64,000 nucleotides of DNA. Source: an uncultured bacterium. Lineage in GTDB: Bacteria > Patescibacteriota > Saccharimonadia > UBA4664. Made by a program: the position numbers and the translations under genes. The notes below the pieces were generated by a model, which was given only the letters and a program-made list of their open reading frames with translations, made no database searches and was not told the origin of the DNA. This document shows, one piece after another, positions 56,275-64,000 of this stretch (position 1 is its first letter; the number at the start of each line of letters is the position of its first letter). The stretch lies in assembly GCA_963740635.1 (NCBI GenBank), contig CAVUEQ010000001.1:740840-804839 (forward strand), given 5' to 3'.

Positions 56275-57984
56275 TCACTTTACGTCTACGCAGTATGGAG
56301 CGGCGGCGCCGTCGAGCAGGGTGTAGAGCGCTAGGTAGCGGGTGCCGGTGGCGCCAGGCGTGTGGGCGGGGCCGGTGCAGGAGCCGCCGGGCTGGTACTG
56401 GATTTGGCCGGCCGCGGTGGGGGCTGTCTTGGCTACCACGTAGGGCTGGCCGGTGCCGGGATCAGTTGCGCTAACTGAGACGGCCGGCGGGTTGACGGGG
56501 TAGAAACCGTTTTTGCTAATGGCCTTGTAGGCCGCGGCGAAGGCGGCCAGGTCTGATTGGCGCTGGGCATTGGCCGCGGCCACATCCGGGGTGGGGACGG
56601 GAGTGGGGGTGGCGTCTGAGCCGAGCACGCTCGAGCCGGTGTCGCTGGTTTTGGGCGTGGGAGTAGGCGCCGGCGAGGGGCTCGACGGCTTGGCGATAAT
56701 CATGAACACCGCGCCGCCGCCGATGAGCAATAGCACGGCAAACGTGGCAATTAACGCGAGCTGGCGCCCGCGCGAGAGGGGCTGAGGGTGCGTGACCGGC
56801 TGCACCGGGGGCTTGGCGGGCTGCGGCGCCGACGAGGCCAGCGGGGCCGGGGGCGGGGTTCCGGGGGCCGGTGCGGACGGTGCCGCTGGAGTAGCCGGCG
56901 GTGAGACCTCGGGGGTGGCGGGCTCGGATGGCGGGGCGGTCAACGTGGTGGCTTCGGGAGTGTCGGTCTGGGCCTCGGGGGCTGCGGGAGGCTCTGGGGC
57001 CGCCGGCGTGTCCGGAGCGGGCGGCGCGGCATCCTCCGACTCAGCTGGTTTTTCGGGTTCGTCCTCCCGTTCAGCGGCTGGGTCTTCGGACCCGGCAGTT
57101 CCGTCAGGTTTATCTTCATCTTGGCCGGCCGGAACGGGCTTATCCTCTTCTTCGGCGGCAGGACTGTCTGCGTCTGGCTTCTCAGCGCCCCCGGCCGGAT
57201 TCGTGTCTTCTTCGGCCGGCTCGGTGTCTTCTTCGGCCGGCTCCGCATCCTTATCGGACTCCTCCGGCTCCTTGGCATCCGTCTCGGGCGTGGCATCGGG
57301 ACCGGCGGTGGTTTCGGCGCTGGCAGCGTCAGCAATTGCGGCCACGGCGGCCACGGCCGGGCTGGAAGACAAGGCCGTTTGCGGCTCGAGAGTTTCGTTG
57401 GCCTCGGGCTCGGGCTCGGCCTTGGCTGCGCCTTGCAGCTCGGCGATCGACTCTTGCAAGACCTTTTCGGGCGGCTCGTCTACATCTGTGACCACCGCCG
57501 CCGGTTCGGCTGCGGCTTCGGCCACGGGTGTTTTGTCGGCCTCAGGCGGTTCGTCAGCTTCGGGCTTGTCAGTTTCGGGCTTGCCGGTCTTCAGCAGTTT
57601 GTCATCACCATGCGTTTTGATCACGGCCGCGGGCTTGTCATCATCTTCTTTGGATTCGTTTTCATCGACCTTTTCGGCCTCGGGCTCATCGGATTTATCG
57701 GCCTCATCGGGCTTATCGACCTTCTCGACCTTCTCGGCCTCATCGGGTTTCTCGGGCTCATCAGGTTTCAGTGGCTCTTCTGGTTCGTCGGATTTTGCCG
57801 GTTCGTCAGCTGTTGCGGGTTCCGGGTCCGGCTTCGGCGCATCGTGCCCGTGCAGGATCGGGGGCATGGCGTCTTCAATTTTCTGCTTGTCAGCGTCGCT
57901 CAGGATTTCGACATGACCGCATTCCATGCATAACCAGCCGGCTTTCGACTGGACCATTTCGTTGCCGCAATTTGAGCACTTCAT
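56275..57984 (-). CDS. Zn-ribbon, acidic/Pro-rich disordered region, TM, pilin-like C-terminal domain
   Basis: CSNC..CMEC N-terminus; NAQRQSDLAAF...FYP...DP; C-terminal Cys pair. Confidence 0.75.
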   Translation of the reverse strand: MKCSNCGNEMVQSKAGWLCMECGHVEILSDADKQKIEDAMPPILHGHDAPKPDPEPATADEPAKSDEPEEPLKPDEPEKPDEAEKVEKVDKPDEADKSDEPEAEKVDENESKEDDDKPAAVIKTHGDDKLLKTGKPETDKPEADEPPEADKTPVAEAAAEPAAVVTDVDEPPEKVLQESIAELQGAAKAEPEPEANETLEPQTALSSSPAVAAVAAIADAASAETTAGPDATPETDAKEPEESDKDAEPAEEDTEPAEEDTNPAGGAEKPDADSPAAEEEDKPVPAGQDEDKPDGTAGSEDPAAEREDEPEKPAESEDAAPPAPDTPAAPEPPAAPEAQTDTPEATTLTAPPSEPATPEVSPPATPAAPSAPAPGTPPPAPLASSAPQPAKPPVQPVTHPQPLSRGRQLALIATFAVLLLIGGGAVFMIIAKPSSPSPAPTPTPKTSDTGSSVLGSDATPTPVPTPDVAAANAQRQSDLAAFAAAYKAISKNGFYPVNPPAVSVSATDPGTGQPYVVAKTAPTAAGQIQYQPGGSCTGPAHTPGATGTRYLALYTLLDGAAAPYCVDVK

Positions 57985-58037
57985 GGAATCAAGCATACCA
58001 TAACTCTTATGCTACGTTTAGCAAGGCTGGCAAGTGA

Positions 58038-58499
58038 TCAGAAACTGGGGTTAATGTCGATCCGGTCGAGGCCGTGATCTTCGAGCTCTGCCCGGTAGCG
58101 TTCTTCGTGCGGACGCAGATCGAGCAGGTCATCATCGCGGTTTACATGGTCGGCGTCGACGCCGCGCTCGCGGGCCAGGTCGCGCAGGGCCAAGCGCTCG
58201 GTCAATTCATCCCAAAAGGTGTGGTCGTCGTAGTCTAGGATATAGTCGTCGTAAAGCCGCTCGGTCCACTCCGACTTCATGAAATATTCACCGGTTTCGG
58301 CATCGAGGTCAACGTCGGGGAGCTTGTGGTCCGCCAACAGTTTCTGGACGGTTTTGGTGGCGTCTTCATCCTGGAACTCAGTGTCGTGCTGAGCATTAAT
58401 CATCCACTCGCCGAGGTAGGCCAGCTCCACCAGCTTGCGAAATTCCTCAGATGTAAATTCTAATTTCACCACGGGCGCGGGCTCACTCTTTTTAAGCAA
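58038..58499 (-). CDS. Acidic hypothetical protein
   Basis: 153-aa ORF with LGEWMIN and FWDELTERLALRD. Confidence 0.7.
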   Translation of the reverse strand: MLKKSEPAPVVKLEFTSEEFRKLVELAYLGEWMINAQHDTEFQDEDATKTVQKLLADHKLPDVDLDAETGEYFMKSEWTERLYDDYILDYDDHTFWDELTERLALRDLARERGVDADHVNRDDDLLDLRPHEERYRAELEDHGLDRIDINPSF

Positions 58500-58538
58500 T
58501 GCGCCTATTTTAGACGATGTTGGGCTTGGTTGCGACTG

Positions 58539-59687
58539 TTAAAGGGCGCCGAGGCCGGCCAATGTGCCCGCCCCGGTGGGGCCGTCGTAGCCGGCGCCGG
58601 CCCGGCAGAGGTAACTTGAGCAGCTACCGGTGACGCCGGAGGTGATGTCATGGAGCCGGCTTGTACCGAGGGAGCCGTATAGGCGGCTGAACAGCGTGGT
58701 CTGCGACACCGGACCGGCGAGACCGATGAGGCCTGCCACCAGCGGAGCCGCCAGGCTGGTGCCGCCGACCGTGAACCAACCGGCGCCATTCGGGCTGGTA
58801 CCCGTGTAGATCGCCGCGCCGGTGGCAGGGTCGGCATCGGCGGAAACGTCGGCCATGGTGCGCCGGGCGCAGCCGGCGTCGTGCTGCCAGGACGGCTTAG
58901 CCTCGTATTTGCTGCAGCCGGACCCTGAACCGGCCCAAGCGGTTTCGCCGGCGCGCGCTCCACCGGGGGCGAGAGCGAGGCGCGTGCCCCCGACTGCCAC
59001 AACCCGGGGAGATGCTGCCGGCCAGCTGGTGCCGTAGCCCGAGTCGCCGGATGATGCCACGAAGTCGACATTAGTTGGAAAGTGGGCGTCAGAGCTGATC
59101 TCGGAGGCGGTTTCTGATCCGCCCCAGGACATAGAGACGATTTGCGCGCCGGATCGTACTGCCTGGTCGACGGCGGCAATGAGGTTGGCGGTGGAGGCGG
59201 TTGTAGCCTGGACGAGCTCTATGCGGCACCCGGGACACACAGCGTGTGCGGCCTCCACGTCGAGCGCGGTCTCAACCGCCCACCCTTTGTTGGTCGAGGG
59301 GTAGTGCCGTCCGCCGGACTGATCGGTCTTTTCGAAACAGCCCGTTTGCGACTGGCTGGTGCAAGCCGGCATCACCGGCAGACGGAAAACGCGGCTGTAG
59401 TTGTCGAGGTCGGCTTTGATGGTGGGGTCGCCATAGGCGTCCACGATGGCGATTTTGGCCGAACCGGAGCCGGCGGCGCCATAGGCGGAGCGGAAATTCG
59501 CCGGGGTGTAACCGGCTGGACCGCCGGCCGGGTTGGCCGACAGTACCTGGGCAAAACAGCCGGCCCGGGTGGATGTGGGCTGGCTGCATTGAGCGACCGG
59601 TGTGGCAGCCGCGGCGGCGCGAGGAACCAGATTAATTGTGAGACTGGAAAGGATGGAACAGAGGATCAGAAAAGCACGGATGGTCAT
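58539..59687 (-). CDS. Secreted S53/S8 (sedolisin-like) peptidase
   Basis: Signal peptide, ETALD, SSGDSG, GGTSLAAP, YDGPTG. Confidence 0.9.
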   Translation of the reverse strand: MTIRAFLILCSILSSLTINLVPRAAAAATPVAQCSQPTSTRAGCFAQVLSANPAGGPAGYTPANFRSAYGAAGSGSAKIAIVDAYGDPTIKADLDNYSRVFRLPVMPACTSQSQTGCFEKTDQSGGRHYPSTNKGWAVETALDVEAAHAVCPGCRIELVQATTASTANLIAAVDQAVRSGAQIVSMSWGGSETASEISSDAHFPTNVDFVASSGDSGYGTSWPAASPRVVAVGGTRLALAPGGARAGETAWAGSGSGCSKYEAKPSWQHDAGCARRTMADVSADADPATGAAIYTGTSPNGAGWFTVGGTSLAAPLVAGLIGLAGPVSQTTLFSRLYGSLGTSRLHDITSGVTGSCSSYLCRAGAGYDGPTGAGTLAGLGAL

Positions 59688-59770
59688 CGGGAAACTCCAT
59701 TAGTGTCCCGATGTTCGCTCTTTGTTCGGCTTTTGTCAATGCTTTTTTCAGATGGGCTTGGTTGCGACTG

Positions 59771-60956
59771 TTAAAGCGCGCCCAGGCCGATGGGGGCGCC
59801 CACGCCGGTGGGGCCGTCGTAGCCGGAGACGGCAGTGCAGAGGTAGGCCGGGCTGCAGGAGCCGTTGCTGCCGGAAGTGACGTCGTAAAGGCTCGAGGCG
59901 CTGGAGGATCGAGTAGAGCTTATCGAGCACGGCCGATTGGTCGCCGTCACCGGCGAGACTCACGAGCGAGGCGATGAGGGGCGTCGACAAGCTGGTGCCG
60001 CCCACCTGGAACCACCCGCTGCCGTAGGGCGTGTAGCTGGCGTATATGGCGGCGCCGGTGGCGGGGTCGGCCACGGCCGCGACGTCGGCGACGGTGCGCT
60101 TCGAGCAGCCGGCGTCGTGCTGCCTGGCCGGCTTGGCCTCGTAGGCGCTGCAGCCGGAGCCGCCGTCGGACCAGGCGGTTTCGGTGTCGCGGCCGCCGAG
60201 TGAGTTCAGTGTGAGGCTGGTGCCCCCGGCCGCGATCACCCGCCCGCTAGCCGCCGGCCAGCTGGCGCCGTAGCCCCAGTCGCCAGTGGCGGCCACGAAG
60301 CTGACGCCGGTGGGGGCGAAGTGCGAGTCGTAGGCGGTTTCGCCGGACCACTCGTCCGCGCCCCAGGACATGGAGACCACGGTGTTGCCGAGGGTGGCGG
60401 CGCGGTCAACCGCTACCATGAGGTTGTTGATGGAGGAACTGCGGGCCTCAATGAGGTCGATGCGGCAGGTGGGGCAGACGGCGTGCACGGTTTGGACGTC
60501 GAGCGCGCTCTCAAACGCCCAGCCCCGGTTGCGCTGGGGGTAGAAGGTGCCGCCGCTCTGGTCGAATTTGGCGAAGCAGCCGGTGGTGACTTTGCGGCTG
60601 CAGTTGGGCAATACCGGCAAGCCGAAGGTGGTGGAGTATTTGTCGAGGTCGGACTTGGCGTAGGGATTGTCGTAGGCCACCACCACCGCCACGCGGCCGC
60701 CGCTGCTATCGGGCACTTTGTAGGCGCTGCGGAGTTGGGCCGGGCTGAGGCCGGGGGGCAACGTAGCCGCGGGCGTTACTTTGCCGTCGGGGCGGGCGCG
60801 GACCTTGGCCAGGCAGGCCACGTCTCCCGTGCTGGCGGCCGAGCACACGGCCAGGTTGCGCTGCACATCATGACCAGGAGTATTATGGCTCTGCGGAGCC
60901 GCAAACGGCAGCCATGATGTTAATAAGACGAGGGCAGAAACGACTTGATGTACCAT
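59771..60956 (-). CDS. Secreted S53/S8 peptidase paralog; probable frameshift near 59910
   Basis: ESALD, ATGDWG, GGTSLSTP; the alternative frame restores YDVTSGSNGSC...YDGPTGVG..GLGAL ending at 59771. Confidence 0.85.
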
Positions 60957-61714
60957 TATTTTTTATACCCCTGTACAGCTTTAACAATTTTGGAAAACTC
61001 GGCAAAATTTAAACTGGCGCCGCCCGGCAGCAGCCCCATCACACCATCGATGCCCAAGATGGCCGGGACGAATTCGGAGGCCACACTGGCGCCATAGATT
61101 ACTTGGACGCCGGCGCTGGCAGCCTCCCCGTAGAGCTCCTCGATGGTGGTACGGATAGCGGAGATGGCCGGCCGGATTTGCTCAGGTGTAGCGGGCGTGC
61201 CGCTGCCGATGGCCCAGACCGGCTCGTAGGCCACCACGATCTTGGCGACGTCCTCGTCGGTCAGCATTACCAGATTCGCGGTCAGCTGGCCGGTGACAAC
61301 TTTTGTGGACAGGCCGTGGTGGCGGTCGTGGAGGTTCTCGCCCACGCAGAGGACCGGAGTGAGGCCGTTGCGAATAACGGCCGCGAGCTTCTGGGCGATG
61401 AGGGCGTCGGTTTCGCCGAGGGCGCGGCGCTCGGAATGGCCCACGATGACGTATTGCGCGAGCCCGCGGAGCATGGCGGCGGAAATTTCGCCCGTGTAGG
61501 GGCCTTCGTCGAGGTGGTGGGCGGTTTGGGCGCCCAGCTTAAACTTCTTGTGGTCGATTTCTTTGGACAGCGGGTAGAGGTCAATAAACGGGGCGCATAG
61601 CACCACTTCGGTGCCCGGCTTGGCCTCAATGTGTTCGTCGAGCCGACCAACGAGCAAGCTGGCCTCCCCTGGGCCAAGGTGCATCTTCCAGTTGCCTACG
61701 ACTAAGCGTTTCAT
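60956..61714 (-). CDS. tpiA: Triose-phosphate isomerase
   Basis: GNWKM, GHSERR, AYEPVWAIG, GGASL. Confidence 0.96.
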   Translation of the reverse strand: MKRLVVGNWKMHLGPGEASLLVGRLDEHIEAKPGTEVVLCAPFIDLYPLSKEIDHKKFKLGAQTAHHLDEGPYTGEISAAMLRGLAQYVIVGHSERRALGETDALIAQKLAAVIRNGLTPVLCVGENLHDRHHGLSTKVVTGQLTANLVMLTDEDVAKIVVAYEPVWAIGSGTPATPEQIRPAISAIRTTIEELYGEAASAGVQVIYGASVASEFVPAILGIDGVMGLLPGGASLNFAEFSKIVKAVQGYKK

Positions 61715-61806
61715 GTTCCCCGTTATGATAACGCTTATGTAGAAATGTGTCGATCTGTTCTTGAAACCCGGCGCCGTTCCCACAAAGCGGGTTGCCAATT
61801 CCTCAA

Positions 61807-61851
61807 AACTAGGTATTCTAATCACCTACTAAGTGATTGGAATACCTAGTT
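61807..61851. promoter_or_regulatory. 19-bp inverted repeat upstream of PadR (candidate auto-operator)
   Basis: aactaggtattctaatcac-N7-gtgattggaatacctagtt, 18/19 complementary. Confidence 0.65.
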
Positions 61852-61870
61852 ACACGAAAAGGATAGTTGA

Positions 61871-62392
61871 ATGAGACTGGCTGACAGAAATATTTATAAA
61901 CCGCCACTGGATCCGACCACGCTATATGTGCTCCTGGCACTAGTAGATAGTGACCGGCATGGGTACGGAATACTGAATCGGGTGTGGAACTTGTCGCGGT
62001 CGGCTGTACAGCTCAAAACGGGCAATCTGTATCCGCTACTGGAGCGATTGGTGAGGGCTAGGTTAATCGAGGGGGCGGGCGCGAGGCCAACGCGGCACTC
62101 GGAGCTACCGAGGAAGCACTACACACTCACGAAAATGGGAATGATCCTATTAAAGGCGGAGCTCCAGCGTATGCAATATGTGGTGGCGGTCGGCGAATCA
62201 GAGGGACTGTTTGGCGATAAGGTGCCGCTCGATATTCAGGCGCTACTTGTCGAGCAGGGCCTCGAGGCCGGGAAGCTTGTTGCCGCTCATGAGCTCGAGG
62301 CTGGCACCGCCGCCGGTAGAGACCCAGGTGAATTTGTCGTGGAGGCCGGCGCCGTCCACGAAGCCGGCCGTGTCGCCGCCGCCGATGATTGA
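61871..62392 (+). CDS. PadR-family transcriptional regulator; 3' end overlaps pgk antisense
   Basis: LYVLLALVDSDRHGYGI...GNLYPLLERL...RKHYTLT..G. Confidence 0.85.
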   Translation: MRLADRNIYKPPLDPTTLYVLLALVDSDRHGYGILNRVWNLSRSAVQLKTGNLYPLLERLVRARLIEGAGARPTRHSELPRKHYTLTKMGMILLKAELQRMQYVVAVGESEGLFGDKVPLDIQALLVEQGLEAGKLVAAHELEAGTAAGRDPGEFVVEAGAVHEAGRVAAADD

Positions 62393-63427
62393 GATGGCGC
62401 CGGGCAGCTTGATGATGGCCTCGGCCATGGCCTCGGTGCCGGCGGCAAATTCCGGCACCTCGAATTTGCCGAGGGGGCCGTTCCAGATGACAGTGCACTT
62501 ATTGTCGAAATCGAGAAACGCGTAGACGGCCGGGCCGAGAGTAGCGGCAAAGGCCGGCGCGACGTCGGCGATGTAGTCATCATCTTTGACGGCGGCGAGC
62601 TTCACCGTGCGCACGTCTTTGGCTTCGTCGAGCGATTTTGACACCACCACGGTGTCGGGCAGGAAAAGTTGGCAGTCTTCTTTGGCGGCCAATTTGAGCA
62701 GGCGGTTGCACTCTTCGACGAGGTCGGGTTCGGCCAGGGATTGGCCGATCGCGTGGCCTTGGGCCAGGAAAAACGTGTTGGCCATGGCTCCGCCGAGAAA
62801 GAGCGCATCGACCTTGGGGATGAGGTTTTCGAGCACCGGCACTTTGGTCGACACTTTGGCGCCGGAGATTATGGCCACGAGCGGGCGGTTGGGGTGCTCG
62901 AGTTTGCCCTGGATGTACTCCACCTCTTGTTCGACCTGCAGCCCCGACACTGCCGGCAGGTGCTTGGGGATGCCCACGATGGAGGCGTGCTCGCGGTGTA
63001 AGGTGGTGAAGTCGTCCTCCACGAAAAGGTCGCCGAGCGCGGCGATGGCTTTGGCGAAGCCGGCGTCGTTGGCCTCCTCTTCCGGGTGGAAGCGCAGGTT
63101 TTCCATCAACAGGACGTCGCCGGGTTGGAGGGCTTCGGCCGCAGATTTGGCCTCGTCTGAGAGCACATCGGCCACAAATTTCACGGGGCGGTCCAAGAGC
63201 TTCTGGAGTACCGGCGCCACCGGGGCCAGGCTGGTCCCCTCTTTGCTGTGGTGGCTGAGCAGTATTAGAGAGGCGCCATGATTGAGGAGATACCGGAGCG
63301 TAGGCAGTTCAGCTTTAATGCGGAAATCGTCGGTAACCTGGCCGTCCTTAATGGGAACATTGAATGGGACGCGAACCAGTACTTTCTGGTCTTTAACGTC
63401 GATGTCGCGGATAGTTTTTTTAGTCAT
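62243..63427 (-). CDS. pgk: Phosphoglycerate kinase
   Basis: RVPFNVP, ENLRF, GAKVSTK, WNGPLG, GGGDT, STGGGASL. Confidence 0.95.
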   Translation of the reverse strand: MTKKTIRDIDVKDQKVLVRVPFNVPIKDGQVTDDFRIKAELPTLRYLLNHGASLILLSHHSKEGTSLAPVAPVLQKLLDRPVKFVADVLSDEAKSAAEALQPGDVLLMENLRFHPEEEANDAGFAKAIAALGDLFVEDDFTTLHREHASIVGIPKHLPAVSGLQVEQEVEYIQGKLEHPNRPLVAIISGAKVSTKVPVLENLIPKVDALFLGGAMANTFFLAQGHAIGQSLAEPDLVEECNRLLKLAAKEDCQLFLPDTVVVSKSLDEAKDVRTVKLAAVKDDDYIADVAPAFAATLGPAVYAFLDFDNKCTVIWNGPLGKFEVPEFAAGTEAMAEAIIKLPGAISIIGGGDTAGFVDGAGLHDKFTWVSTGGGASLELMSGNKLPGLEALLDK

Positions 63428-63486
63428 ACGGTAAAGTTTATTAGAGTATTACAATAAAGCCAACGCTCACTAATAAGGAGAGGCTT

Positions 63487-64000
63487 ATGCCGGCCGAAGC
63501 GGTAGTGTTTAACAAAGTCGAGAAGGTCTACGACAAAACGTTTAAGGCTTTGGACGGGTTGAGCTTTTCGATACACGAGGGCGAGCTGTACGGGCTAATC
63601 GGCCCGAACGGCGCGGGCAAAACCACCGGCATCCGGGTGTTGACGGGTTTACAACGGGCTTCGGCCGGCGAGGTGACGGTGCTGGGACATAGGCCGCAGG
63701 ACCCGGCGGTGCGCCCGAGTATCGGCTACATGCCGCAGGAGACGGCGCTGTATCTGGATTTGACCGTGCGCGAGAATCTGGAATTGTTTGGCCGGTTGTA
63801 CGACATGAAACGCGACGCCCTGCGCGCGCGCATTGATGAACTGCTTGAGTTTGTGAACCTCACCGACTGGGCCGGCAAGGTCATCACGCAACTGTCGGGC
63901 GGCATGCAGCACCGGGCGTCGCTGGCGGCGGCGCTGCTGCCCAAGCCGCGGCTGGTGGTGCTCGACGAGCCGACGGTCGGCGTGGATCCGGAGCTGCGCG
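63487..64000 (+). CDS. ABC transporter ATP-binding protein (truncated by window end)
   Basis: GPNGAGKTT, GYMPQ, LSGGM, VLDEPTVGVDP; AGGAG RBS. Confidence 0.9.
   Translation, partial: MPAEAVVFNKVEKVYDKTFKALDGLSFSIHEGELYGLIGPNGAGKTTGIRVLTGLQRASAGEVTVLGHRPQDPAVRPSIGYMPQETALYLDLTVRENLELFGRLYDMKRDALRARIDELLEFVNLTDWAGKVITQLSGGMQHRASLAAALLPKPRLVVLDEPTVGVDPELR

Overview
A 64-kb GC-rich bacterial chromosomal segment. Gene content and style (giant Gly/Ala/Thr-rich surface protein, short AlaRS, ftsA-like/baseplate-J-like/ruvX/mltG block, pilin-like domains, -10 boxes 6-9 nt before many start codons) point to a Patescibacteria/CPR genome, most likely Saccharimonadia-like (inference). Most core genes are on the - strand (obgE, mltG, ruvX, alaS, mnmA, iscS, tatD, metG, rsmA, pyrH, pcrA, tpiA, pgk). 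There are two tRNA-Ala genes, a gdhA-glnA-kbl-tdh cluster, a small islet below tRNA-Ala(CGC) and a REP-flanked Y1 (RAYT-like) transposase. glnA, alaS, one peptidase and the first gene carry frameshifts that look like assembly errors. The strongest unexplained signals are non-coding. (1) A promoter-headed ~630-nt chain of about 15 different back-to-back hairpins at 24.0-24.65 kb, with mismatches that read as G-U wobbles on the + strand. (2) A second ~550-nt structured RNA at 27.75-28.3 kb and a third at 31.8-32.05 kb. (3) A DUF3800 gene followed by a compact RNA motif. (4) Three families of dispersed inverted-repeat elements. (5) Two solitary PadR genes inserted antisense into core operons. No CRISPR array, rRNA, integrase or reverse transcriptase was seen. 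All structures were folded by eye and no database searches were run.
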